This document shows, in pieces, positions 37,160 through 45,830 of a DNA stretch of 58,429 nucleotides (its first letter is position 1; every line of letters begins with the position of its first letter). Below the pieces are notes generated by a model. The model made no database searches and was not told the origin of the DNA. It saw only the letters and a list, made by a program, of their open reading frames with translations. The stretch is from Bacteroidota bacterium (GTDB taxonomy: Bacteria; Bacteroidota; Bacteroidia; AKYH767-A; OLB10): NCBI GenBank assembly GCA_947453935.1, contig CANGJU010000003.1, forward strand, positions 1-58,429. Direction: 5' to 3'. A program made the translations under genes and the position numbers.

Positions 37160-38317
37160 ATGAAACACAAAGAAAGAATAGATTTAATACTTCGTGAATA
37201 TCGCGATGAAGTCTGGCGTTTTAGTGACCTGGAGGAATGTTATAACTTTCTTAAGCAAAATCATATTGGAGCAAAAAGACATGAGATTAAATCGGCAATG
37301 CTTTTATCGATGAAGAAACATGTGGATATTGCTCGATTGATTTCTCACGACATTTTTGATTTAAAAGAGTTAGTTAATAATCCCGTTTACTCATCCTATA
37401 AGATTGGGAAAAAATCGGGTGGATTTCGTTTAATTGATAGTCCCGATGAAAAACTAAAAAAGGCGCATCGAAATTTAAATTCATTTTTGCAATCCTATTA
37501 TTTATGTATCAAGCCTGAGTCTGTCCATGGATTCGTGCCTGATTTTTACAGGATTCAAAGACGAATTAATATTGTTGAAAATGCAAAGCCACACGTAGGT
37601 AAAAAATATGTTTTAAATATCGACTTAAAAAATTTCTTTGATACCATATCAGCACAAAGGGTTTATCAGTTATTTATTGGAAAGCATTTTGACTATAACA
37701 AGTCGGTAGCAGCCGCATTAGTATTATTGGTTTCTTACAAGGGGAAACTGCCAACGGGCGCACCAACATCTCCTGTTATCTCCAATTTTATTTGTCTCGA
37801 ATTAGATCAATGTCTGATGGAGTTTTGTAAAACCTATAACTTGACTTATACTCGTTATGCGGATGACTTAACATTTTCGTCAGATCATGAAATTTCTGAT
37901 TTGTTATTGTTGATGATTAAAGAGATTATTCAGTTGAATGGATTTAAAGTGAACAATAAGAAAGTGAGAATAAAATCTAGTGCTCGTCAGCAGATGGTAA
38001 CAGGTTTAGTGGTAAATCAAAAAATAAATGTCGATAGAAAATTGATTAAGCAGGTGCGTGCAATGATTCATCATACCAAAGTAAATGGATTAACAGAAGC
38101 AACAAAAAAGCATTTTAGATTATCTGACGAAAAGGACGTGGGACCTTACAGAAAATTATTTCTTGATAAACTTGTAGGATTAATCAATTTTATTGGATTA
38201 ATCAGAGGAAAACTTGATGCTGTATTTTTAAAATTGGAAGATGATTTTTGTAGTCTTGAATTCAACAAGCCTACTATCAAGAATCCAGTGAATAACTATT
38301 ACAGTGTAGATTTTTAA
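37160..38317 (+). CDS. Retron-type reverse transcriptase
   Basis: KKSGGFRLIDSP, HGF, region X NAKPH (NAxxH), IDLKNFFDTI, LPTGAPTSPVISN, YTRYADDLTFS, region Y VTGLVVN. Confidence 0.93.
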   Translation: MKHKERIDLILREYRDEVWRFSDLEECYNFLKQNHIGAKRHEIKSAMLLSMKKHVDIARLISHDIFDLKELVNNPVYSSYKIGKKSGGFRLIDSPDEKLKKAHRNLNSFLQSYYLCIKPESVHGFVPDFYRIQRRINIVENAKPHVGKKYVLNIDLKNFFDTISAQRVYQLFIGKHFDYNKSVAAALVLLVSYKGKLPTGAPTSPVISNFICLELDQCLMEFCKTYNLTYTRYADDLTFSSDHEISDLLLLMIKEIIQLNGFKVNNKKVRIKSSARQQMVTGLVVNQKINVDRKLIKQVRAMIHHTKVNGLTEATKKHFRLSDEKDVGPYRKLFLDKLVGLINFIGLIRGKLDAVFLKLEDDFCSLEFNKPTIKNPVNNYYSVDF

Positions 38318-38329
38318 TTAATTTATTAA

Positions 38330-39016
38330 ATGAAAAAAGTAATTTTATTTTTAGTAGTAATTGCCTTAGCAGGAGGCGCAGTTTTTTATTTTAAATTTTA
38401 TAGGATTGATAAGAAGCCCAAAGTTGCACATAATGGATGTTGGGGTATAGACATATCACATTACCAAAAAAACATTAATTACGATAAACTAATTAAGGAG
38501 AATAAACCTGCTTATGTTTATTTAAAAACTTCACAAGGGAATTCTATGGTTGATGATCTATATGCGGATCGTTTGAAAAAATTCCGCGAATTAGGTATTC
38601 CAGTTGGGGGTTATCATTTTTTCAATTACAATGTGAGTGGTAAAGAGCAGGCGGAACATTATATAAAAACGGCTAATTTGCAAAAAGGCGATTTATATCC
38701 TGTGTTAGATGTGGAGATGAAACACAGTAGTTCCCAAAGTAAACAATGGATTGTAAGAGAAATAAAATCATTTTGTGTAGAAGTAAAAGCAGAGTATGGT
38801 GTGGAGCCACTTATATATTGTGAATACGATTACTACCATAAATATTTGAAGGATGATTTTGGTGATTACCAGTATTGGATTAGCGACTTTGTAAGAGCTC
38901 CTCGTTGTAAATATGTGATGTGGCAATACGATATTTTACATGTTAATGGAGTTGGGAGCATTGATAATAATCGTTTAGCTGAAGGTGTGAGGTTGGAGCA
39001 GCTTATTTTGAAATAA
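38330..39016 (+). CDS. GH25 muramidase (lysozyme) with N-terminal membrane anchor
   Basis: GIDISHYQ, GGYHFF, PVLDVE (DxE), PLIY, YWISD, MWQY. Confidence 0.9.
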   Translation: MKKVILFLVVIALAGGAVFYFKFYRIDKKPKVAHNGCWGIDISHYQKNINYDKLIKENKPAYVYLKTSQGNSMVDDLYADRLKKFRELGIPVGGYHFFNYNVSGKEQAEHYIKTANLQKGDLYPVLDVEMKHSSSQSKQWIVREIKSFCVEVKAEYGVEPLIYCEYDYYHKYLKDDFGDYQYWISDFVRAPRCKYVMWQYDILHVNGVGSIDNNRLAEGVRLEQLILK

Positions 39017-39067
39017 TTCAATTATACTTTTCCCCATTAGTTTCCGTTATTCCATAAACCAACCATT

Positions 39068-39652
39068 ATGAAACAATTATTTTTTATCGCAATTATGCTA
39101 TTGTTCGCTAGCAACTGTTTTGTGCAACAATGGACCATCCAGGAGTTTGAATCTGCTAATACTGCTAAAAATATAAAGGCGATTACTCAAGAAGAAAAAG
39201 AGGTTATCCGGTATATAAATCTTGCTCGAATATATCCTAAAAAATTTGCCTCAATAGAATTAAAAAAAGCTATTGATGATGGATTGTATAAAGAAACTGA
39301 CTTTACAAAGTCACTTCGTGTAACATTAAATCAAATGAAGCCAGTTGGACTATTATCCTTTGATCAAACTATGTTTCAACTCGCGAATTGTTTTGCTTTG
39401 GAGTGTGGTAAATCAGGAGCTGTAGGGCACGATAGGGTTCGCTGTGTCGATGGTTTTGATGCTGAATGTTGTTCTTATGATTGTCAAACAGGTTTAACAG
39501 TTACTCTTCAGTTACTAATTGATCAAGATGTGCAAAGTCTAGGACATCGCAAAATTTGTTTAGATGATGAGTTTGCTAAAGTTGGAGTAAGCATAAAACC
39601 ACATAGCTATTATAATTATTGCTGTATTTTAGATTTTAAACGCAACGACTAG
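39068..39652 (+). CDS. CAP/SCP domain secreted protein
   Basis: INLARIYP, LLIDQDVQSLGHRKICL, VGVSIKPH. Confidence 0.8.
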   Translation: MKQLFFIAIMLLFASNCFVQQWTIQEFESANTAKNIKAITQEEKEVIRYINLARIYPKKFASIELKKAIDDGLYKETDFTKSLRVTLNQMKPVGLLSFDQTMFQLANCFALECGKSGAVGHDRVRCVDGFDAECCSYDCQTGLTVTLQLLIDQDVQSLGHRKICLDDEFAKVGVSIKPHSYYNYCCILDFKRND

Positions 39653-39741
39653 AGTAAAATTCTTAGTTATCGAATTGAATTATTAAAATTCAATATTCGA
39701 ATTTTAAACTGATTGATAAATATTTACAAAATAGTAGTTAT

Positions 39742-39774
39742 AAAAAAAGAGCACCGTTTGGTCCTCTTTTTTTT
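39742..39774. terminator. Bidirectional terminator between the CAP gene and pntB
   Basis: aaaaaaagag / ctcttttttt stem with A- and T-runs. Confidence 0.65.
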
Positions 39775-39794
39775 GAATAGCTTTTATAAATCCC

Positions 39795-41207
39795 CTACAA
39801 CGACTTAATCTCCGCCACCAGCTTCGTTAATACATCTTTCGCATCGCCGAATAACATGCTCGTTTTAGGATTGAAGAATAATTCGTTTTCAATACCTGCA
39901 TATCCTGCACTCATCGAACGTTTGTTAACGATAATATGCGATGCATTTTCAACATCTAAAATTGGCATTCCATAAATAGGAGAGGAAGGATCATTATGCG
40001 CAGCAGGGTTAACAACGTCATTAGCACCTACGACTAATACAACATCGGTCGAAGGGAACTCAGGATTGATGTCTTCCATCTCTACTAGCTTATCATACGA
40101 TACATTCGACTCTGCTAATAATACATTCATATGTCCTGGCATACGACCAGCAACCGGATGTATTGCATATTTAACTTCAACACCACGCTCTTCTAATATT
40201 GTTTCTAACTCATGTATCACATGTTGCGCCTGAGCAACCGCTAATCCGTATCCAGGTACGATCACCACTTTCTTAGAATAGTTCATTAATACCGCAGTAT
40301 CTGATACATTAATGTCTTTAATGCTTCCAGAAATCGCACTTGAACCTTCGGCAGCGTTGCCACCACCAAAAGCTCCGAAAATCACATTGCTCAACGGACG
40401 ATTCATCGCTTTACACATTACTAATGTCAATAATGTTCCTGCAGAACCTACAAGGATACCTCCAGTTAGCATAATCTTGTTGTCGTATAGAAATCCTCCG
40501 AAAGCAGCTGCTAATCCCGTAAACGAGTTTAATAGCGATATAACTACCGGCATATCCGCTCCGCCAATAGGAACAGTAAATAAAATTCCGTAAACAATCG
40601 CAACAGCAAATAATAAATACAAGAACGTCATGCTTGGTGCTGTCATAACTACCCATGCACCAAACAATACAACACCCGCCATTACAATTGTATTAATGAC
40701 ATTATATTGTGGTAAACGAATTGGTTGCTTCATAGTGCCATTCAATTTTAAATAGGCAATGATAGAACCCGAAAAAGAAACTGTACCAATCACCATTCCT
40801 GCAATGATAGTTGCTAGCGCACCTGTATGATGTAAATTATGCTGATATTCCATCAAGCCAATTAATGCGGCACAAGCACCACCCATACCATTAAACATCG
40901 ATACCAATTCAGGCATCTTTGTCATCTGAACTTTCTTCGCTGTTAACCATCCAACGATTGTTCCTAATAAAATAGCTCCGAAAATTAATGCGTAAATAAT
41001 TCCTGGAACAACATGGTCTGCTATTAATACACCATCTTCTGTTTTCTTTTCAAATAAAAAGATAGTTCCTAAAATTGCGATAGTCATTCCTGCTGCACCC
41101 AACAAATTTCCTTTGCGGGCAGATTTAGGATTCCCCATCATTTTTAATCCGACAATAAATGTTACGGATCCAATTAAGTATGATAATTCGAGTAATGCAC
41201 TCTTCAT
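39795..41207 (-). CDS. pntB: NAD(P) transhydrogenase beta subunit
   Basis: MPELVSMFNGMGG, IGGADMPVVISLLNS, PGYGLAVAQAQ, HPVAGRMPGHMN, GANDVVNP. Confidence 0.97.
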   Translation of the reverse strand: MKSALLELSYLIGSVTFIVGLKMMGNPKSARKGNLLGAAGMTIAILGTIFLFEKKTEDGVLIADHVVPGIIYALIFGAILLGTIVGWLTAKKVQMTKMPELVSMFNGMGGACAALIGLMEYQHNLHHTGALATIIAGMVIGTVSFSGSIIAYLKLNGTMKQPIRLPQYNVINTIVMAGVVLFGAWVVMTAPSMTFLYLLFAVAIVYGILFTVPIGGADMPVVISLLNSFTGLAAAFGGFLYDNKIMLTGGILVGSAGTLLTLVMCKAMNRPLSNVIFGAFGGGNAAEGSSAISGSIKDINVSDTAVLMNYSKKVVIVPGYGLAVAQAQHVIHELETILEERGVEVKYAIHPVAGRMPGHMNVLLAESNVSYDKLVEMEDINPEFPSTDVVLVVGANDVVNPAAHNDPSSPIYGMPILDVENASHIIVNKRSMSAGYAGIENELFFNPKTSMLFGDAKDVLTKLVAEIKSL

Positions 41208-41225
41208 AATTCTGTAATGATTAAA

Positions 41226-41531
41226 TTATTTTTTCTTGAACATTTCCAACATACGGTCTGTTACTACAAAACCGCCAACAACGTTAAGTGTACCTAAAAG
41301 CACAGCTAAAAATCCTAATGCTAATGCAAGGTAATCGGTTGGGTCTACATTAAGCATAACATAAATAGCTCCCACAATTACAACTCCGTGAATTGCATTT
41401 GCACCACTCATTAAAGGCGTATGTAATACCGTTGGAACACCTCCAATAACTTCGATACCTACGAATACAGACAACAAAACGAAATAAATCATTTCGCGGT
41501 GTTCGCTGATTAAGTTTAAAATTGATTCCAT
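41226..41531 (-). CDS. pntA: NAD(P) transhydrogenase alpha subunit, membrane part (alpha-2)
   Basis: LHTPLMSGANAIHG, NVVGGFVVTDRMLEMF. Confidence 0.95.
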   Translation of the reverse strand: MESILNLISEHREMIYFVLLSVFVGIEVIGGVPTVLHTPLMSGANAIHGVVIVGAIYVMLNVDPTDYLALALGFLAVLLGTLNVVGGFVVTDRMLEMFKKK

Positions 41532-41562
41532 TTTATATTCTTTGTTTTTTTCTATTATTCAA

Positions 41563-42669
41563 TTAAGCAATCATCTTTTTTCCTTCGTGAACAATCAACG
41601 ATCCTTTCGTAATCTCTTCATCCATTTCCCATTTAAAACCGTCTTTTGTTGCTAAGTGCATTAAAAAGGTTTGAATGTTCTTCGCATATAAATCAGACGC
41701 ATTGAATGGTAGGAGAGAAGGGATGTTTGATTCACCAATGATGGTAACTCCGTGCTTAACAACAGTTGCGTTGACTTCACTAACCGCGCAGTTTCCACCT
41801 TGCTCAACAGCCATATCTACAATCACAGATCCTAATCTCATGCTCTTTACCATTTCTTCTGTAACTAAAACAGGAGCTTTTCTTCCCGGTATTAACGCGG
41901 TAGTAATTACGATATCAGCTTCCGAAACATGCTTCGCTACTAATTCCTGTTGGTTCTTTAAAAATTCTTCAGATACACCTTTTACATATCCACCTTCAAT
42001 TTTGATGGAGTCGTCGCCTTTCACTTGGATAAATTTACCTCCTAATGATTCAACTTGTTCTTTGGTTTCAGGACGTATATCCGTTACTTCTACAATTGCA
42101 CCTAAACGTTTAGCTGTTGCAATGGCTTGAAGTCCTGCTACACCAGCACCAAAAATGACAACTTTAGATGGCTTGATAGTTCCGGCAGCTGTCATTAGCA
42201 TTGGAAAAATTTTACCCAATGTGTTTGCTGCTAAAATTACCGATTTATATCCTGCTAAATTTGCCTGAGAACTTAAGGCATCCATTTTTTGCGCTCTCGA
42301 TATACGAGGAATTGCATCAACTGAAAATGCTGTGATTCCTTGCTTTACACATGCTTCTACAAGCGCAGGATTGGTTCCCGCCATCATAAAAGATATTAAA
42401 ACAGCCCCTTTTTTCATTTGAGCTATTTCGGCATCAGTTGGTGCATTGACTTTCAAAACAACGTCAGCTGTTTGATAAATTTTTGATGCGTCATTTTCTA
42501 ATTTTACTCCTGCAGCAGTATAACGGTCATCTGAAAAATAAGAGTTAATACCAGCTCCAGCTTGTACGCAAACTTCAAAGCCAGCTTTCACTAATTGCGA
42601 TGCTACATCGGGTGTAACTGCTACTCTTTTTTCGTATGCCTTAGTTTCTGTTGTTATTCCAATTAACAT
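41563..42669 (-). CDS. pntA: NAD(P) transhydrogenase alpha subunit, NAD-binding part (alpha-1)
   Basis: EKRVAVTP, PRISRAQKMDALSS, GAGVAGLQAIATAKRLGA, TTALIPGRKAP. Confidence 0.95.
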   Translation of the reverse strand: MLIGITTETKAYEKRVAVTPDVASQLVKAGFEVCVQAGAGINSYFSDDRYTAAGVKLENDASKIYQTADVVLKVNAPTDAEIAQMKKGAVLISFMMAGTNPALVEACVKQGITAFSVDAIPRISRAQKMDALSSQANLAGYKSVILAANTLGKIFPMLMTAAGTIKPSKVVIFGAGVAGLQAIATAKRLGAIVEVTDIRPETKEQVESLGGKFIQVKGDDSIKIEGGYVKGVSEEFLKNQQELVAKHVSEADIVITTALIPGRKAPVLVTEEMVKSMRLGSVIVDMAVEQGGNCAVSEVNATVVKHGVTIIGESNIPSLLPFNASDLYAKNIQTFLMHLATKDGFKWEMDEEITKGSLIVHEGKKMIA

Positions 42670-42874
42670 AATTTGCAAAAATTATTTTTGTGGTGCAAAG
42701 GAATATAAAAAAGAGCAATCTTAGAACTAAAATACAAATTGTTTTTCGTGATTTAACTTGCTAATAACATCAAATTGATTTCGAAATTGGATAGTAGGAC
42801 TGATGCTCATCTAAAATTAAAATTTTTTATCTGCTTAATTTTTTCGAAGTTTGTAGGTAATTAGCAGAAATAAT

Positions 42875-43216
42875 ATGGCGAAGTTTACACCCGCGTACTT
42901 GAAAAAACTAGAGGAGCTCCTTAAAGAGCAAACCTACGAAGTGCGTTATGAAAAGGGTAATTTTAGATCGAATTATTGTCTTTTAGAAGCGAAAAGAGTA
43001 GTGGTAATCAATAAATTTTCTACACTCGAAAGTCGTATTCAAGCACTTATTGAAATAATCACAACACTGAATGCCAATAATCAGATAAAGGTTGATTTGC
43101 GGGATATCGGACTTAAAAATCCGATTGTAAATAAAGAGGATAACTTGGAGTTGGATTTTTCAGATAATGTGGATGAAGCGGTTGAACCATCAGCAGAAAA
43201 CACCGAAAACGAATAA
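42875..43216 (+). CDS. Conserved Bacteroidota hypothetical protein
   Basis: Y.VRYEKGNFRSNYCLLE....VVINKF pattern; precedes the MBL hydrolase. Confidence 0.7.
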   Translation: MAKFTPAYLKKLEELLKEQTYEVRYEKGNFRSNYCLLEAKRVVVINKFSTLESRIQALIEIITTLNANNQIKVDLRDIGLKNPIVNKEDNLELDFSDNVDEAVEPSAENTENE

Positions 43217-43220
43217 TTCA

Positions 43221-43988
43221 TTGCAAACTAAAATTACATTTCTAGGCACCGGTACTTCACAAGGAGTTCCGTTGATTGGTTGCGAATGTGATGTCTGCAT
43301 CTCCGATGATAATCGTGATAAACGCTTGCGGACATCTATTATGGTGGAGCGCGGAAATACGACAATTGTTATCGATTCTGGCCCTGATTTCCGTCAACAG
43401 ATGTTGCGAGAAAAAGTAAAAAAGCTGGATGGATTAGTATTTACGCACGAACATAAGGATCATATTGCTGGTATGGATGATATCCGAGCCTTTAATTTTA
43501 TCAGTAAAAAACCGGTCGATGTATATTGCACTAAGCAAGTAGAAAAAGCCTTGCGCCGTGAGTTTTTTTATGCCTTTGAAAATGATTATCCCGGTGTTCC
43601 TGAATTAAACATTTTTAATTTCGATGAGGATGAATTTACTATTGGAGATATTACTTTAATTCCAATTAAAGTCTATCATGCGCAGCTTGAAATCAGAGGA
43701 TTTAGAATTGGCAATTTTACGTTCATTACCGATGCTAATTTTATCAGTGAAAAAGAAAAACAAAAGATTCTAGGCTCAAAAGCAATGGTGATTAATGCAC
43801 TTCGTCGGAATACACATCCCACACATTTTAATTTAGATCAAGCATTGTTTTTACTCGATGAATTAAAAATTGAGAATGGTTATTTAATCCATTTGAGTCA
43901 TCAGATGGGTAAGCACGGAGATGTTTCTTCTGAGCTACCAAACAACCGTTTTATTGCATACGATGGCTTACAGATTATTACAGAATAG
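43221..43988 (+). CDS. MBL-fold metallohydrolase (PhnP/YycJ-like); probable TTG start at 43221
   Basis: FLGTGTSQGVP, IDSGPDFRQQ, THEHKDH, HLSH, AYDG. Confidence 0.9.
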   Translation: MQTKITFLGTGTSQGVPLIGCECDVCISDDNRDKRLRTSIMVERGNTTIVIDSGPDFRQQMLREKVKKLDGLVFTHEHKDHIAGMDDIRAFNFISKKPVDVYCTKQVEKALRREFFYAFENDYPGVPELNIFNFDEDEFTIGDITLIPIKVYHAQLEIRGFRIGNFTFITDANFISEKEKQKILGSKAMVINALRRNTHPTHFNLDQALFLLDELKIENGYLIHLSHQMGKHGDVSSELPNNRFIAYDGLQIITE

Positions 43989-44048
43989 TTGTGAAAAAGT
44001 CTGTTTTTAATTAATGAATTATGTTAGGAATAATCTAATTTATCGCCT

Positions 44049-44056
44049 TATCTTTG
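44049..44056 (+). promoter_or_regulatory. -7 promoter box upstream of cmk
   Basis: tatctttg; implies the cmk start is at 44062 or 44074 rather than 44014. Confidence 0.6.
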
Positions 44057-44061
44057 TACAC

Positions 44062-44769
44062 ATGCACTCACGAATGATCATTGCTATTGATGGATTTTCT
44101 TCTTGTGGAAAAAGTACGGTAGCAAAAGCTATTGCCAGACGTTTAGGGTTAAAATACATCGATTCGGGTGCTATGTACAGAGCGGTAACGCTTTATTTTA
44201 TGCGTAATGATATTCCGATTCCTGATCCAGAAGAGTTAATCGATTTTCCGTTTGATTTTAATCCCGTTTTAGATAAAATTCAAATTACTTTTCAAGTTAA
44301 TCCCGCGACAGGATTAAGTGAAGTATATTTAAATGGTGAAAATGTTGAACAGCCTATCCGAACAATGGAAATCAGTGAGCAGGTTAGTCATGTGAGCGCT
44401 ATTAAGTCCGTTAGAGAAAGAATGGTTGAGTTACAGCAGGCCGAAGGTCAAACGGGTGGACTTGTGATGGATGGACGTGATATTGGTACAACTGTATTTC
44501 CGCACGCGGATTTAAAAATATTTATGAAAGCAGATCCGATGATTCGTGCAGATAGAAGATTCAAGGAACTTGTTGCCAAAGGAGTTGAGATAACAGTGGA
44601 AGAGGTGATTAGTAATGTAGTAGGACGTGACTACGAAGATTCTAATCGGGAGGAAAGTCCACTAAGAAAAGCCGTTGATGCCATTGTGCTCGATAATTCG
44701 CATTTAAATCAGGACGAGCAAGTAGAGTTTGTAGTTAAAGAAATAGAAAAGTTAAAAGTAGGTTGCTAA
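44062..44769 (+). CDS. cmk: Cytidylate kinase
   Basis: IAIDGFSSCGKST, DSGAMYR, MDGRDIGT, RD..DSNREESPL. Confidence 0.96.
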   Translation: MHSRMIIAIDGFSSCGKSTVAKAIARRLGLKYIDSGAMYRAVTLYFMRNDIPIPDPEELIDFPFDFNPVLDKIQITFQVNPATGLSEVYLNGENVEQPIRTMEISEQVSHVSAIKSVRERMVELQQAEGQTGGLVMDGRDIGTTVFPHADLKIFMKADPMIRADRRFKELVAKGVEITVEEVISNVVGRDYEDSNREESPLRKAVDAIVLDNSHLNQDEQVEFVVKEIEKLKVGC

Positions 44770-44809
44770 ACAATAATAATTAACAAGTGTTGTTATCAGA
44801 CAAAATAAT

Positions 44810-45703
44810 ATGATGAACGTTACAATAGATCCAAATTCTGGTTTTTGCTTCGGAGTAGTTTATGCCATTCAGATGGCCGAAGATGAATTGGATGCGACAG
44901 GTAAATTATATTGCCTTGGTGATATCGTTCATAACAACATGGAAGTAGAGCGTTTGATGGCCAAAGGACTTCAGATTATTAATCATGAAGACTTGGCAGA
45001 ATTACACGATTGTAAAGTTTTGATTCGTGCACATGGTGAGCCTCCATCGACGTATGAGTTAGCTTTGAAAAATAATATTGAACTTATTGATGCCTCTTGT
45101 CCTGTGGTTTTGAAACTTCAAAATCGCGTTAAAACAAGTTTTGAAGGGATTCATGATGACGCTCAAATTGTGATTTATGGTCAGCCGGGACATGCGGAGG
45201 TGAATGGATTAGTAGGACAAACAGATGGAAGAGCCATTGTAGTTTTTGAAGAAAAAGATTTAGATAATATCAATTACGATATGCCTGTCCACTTTTTTTC
45301 GCAGACAACCAAAAGCACAATCGGGTTCGAAAAAATGGTGCGAGATATCCAGGAGCGAATTGTAAAGCACAAAGGATCATTAGAAGATGGCGACTTTGTT
45401 ACGAATGATACATTGTGTCGACAGGTGTCTAACCGCGAGCCACAACTTAAACGCTTTGCCACTGCTTATGAAGTAGTTGTGTTTGTTAGCGGAAGGAAAA
45501 GTTCGAATGGAAAGGCTTTATATGCAGTTTGTAAAAACGTTAATCCCGACAGTTATTTTGTCTCATCGGCTGATGAAATTGAAGCGGATTGGTTCAATGG
45601 AAAACAAACGGTAGGCATTGCAGGGGCCACTTCAACACCGATGTGGTTGATGGAGCAAGTGAAGGAAAAAATCGAGCAATTAGCTGTTTTAGAAAGCCAA
45701 TAA
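44810..45703 (+). CDS. ispH: 4-hydroxy-3-methylbut-2-enyl diphosphate reductase
   Basis: GFCFGV, IVHN, IRAHG, DASCP, GHAEV, SQTT, DTLC, SSN, GATSTP. Confidence 0.96.
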   Translation: MMNVTIDPNSGFCFGVVYAIQMAEDELDATGKLYCLGDIVHNNMEVERLMAKGLQIINHEDLAELHDCKVLIRAHGEPPSTYELALKNNIELIDASCPVVLKLQNRVKTSFEGIHDDAQIVIYGQPGHAEVNGLVGQTDGRAIVVFEEKDLDNINYDMPVHFFSQTTKSTIGFEKMVRDIQERIVKHKGSLEDGDFVTNDTLCRQVSNREPQLKRFATAYEVVVFVSGRKSSNGKALYAVCKNVNPDSYFVSSADEIEADWFNGKQTVGIAGATSTPMWLMEQVKEKIEQLAVLESQ

Positions 45704-45776
45704 TCAGGCATTTTTTTAATTCAAAACATTTCTCTTTTATAAATACAAAATCCTTTGATATTCAAAGGTTGTTTAT

Positions 45777-45784
45777 TACATTTG
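45777..45784 (+). promoter_or_regulatory. -7 promoter box upstream of rpsA
   Basis: tacatttg matches TAnnTTTG. Confidence 0.65.
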
Positions 45785-45830
45785 CACTCCTTTTTTGAAG
45801 CACTTAAAATCAAAAGAGGCAATAAACTAG

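Noticed and set aside
37160-38317. Group II intron, DGR or CRISPR-associated RT
   Set aside because: No maturase/domain X, no template/variable repeat pair and no cas1; NAxxH, VTG and the upstream a1/a2 repeat point to a retron.
38330-39016. Prophage lysis cassette
   Set aside because: No holin, spanin or other phage genes nearby.
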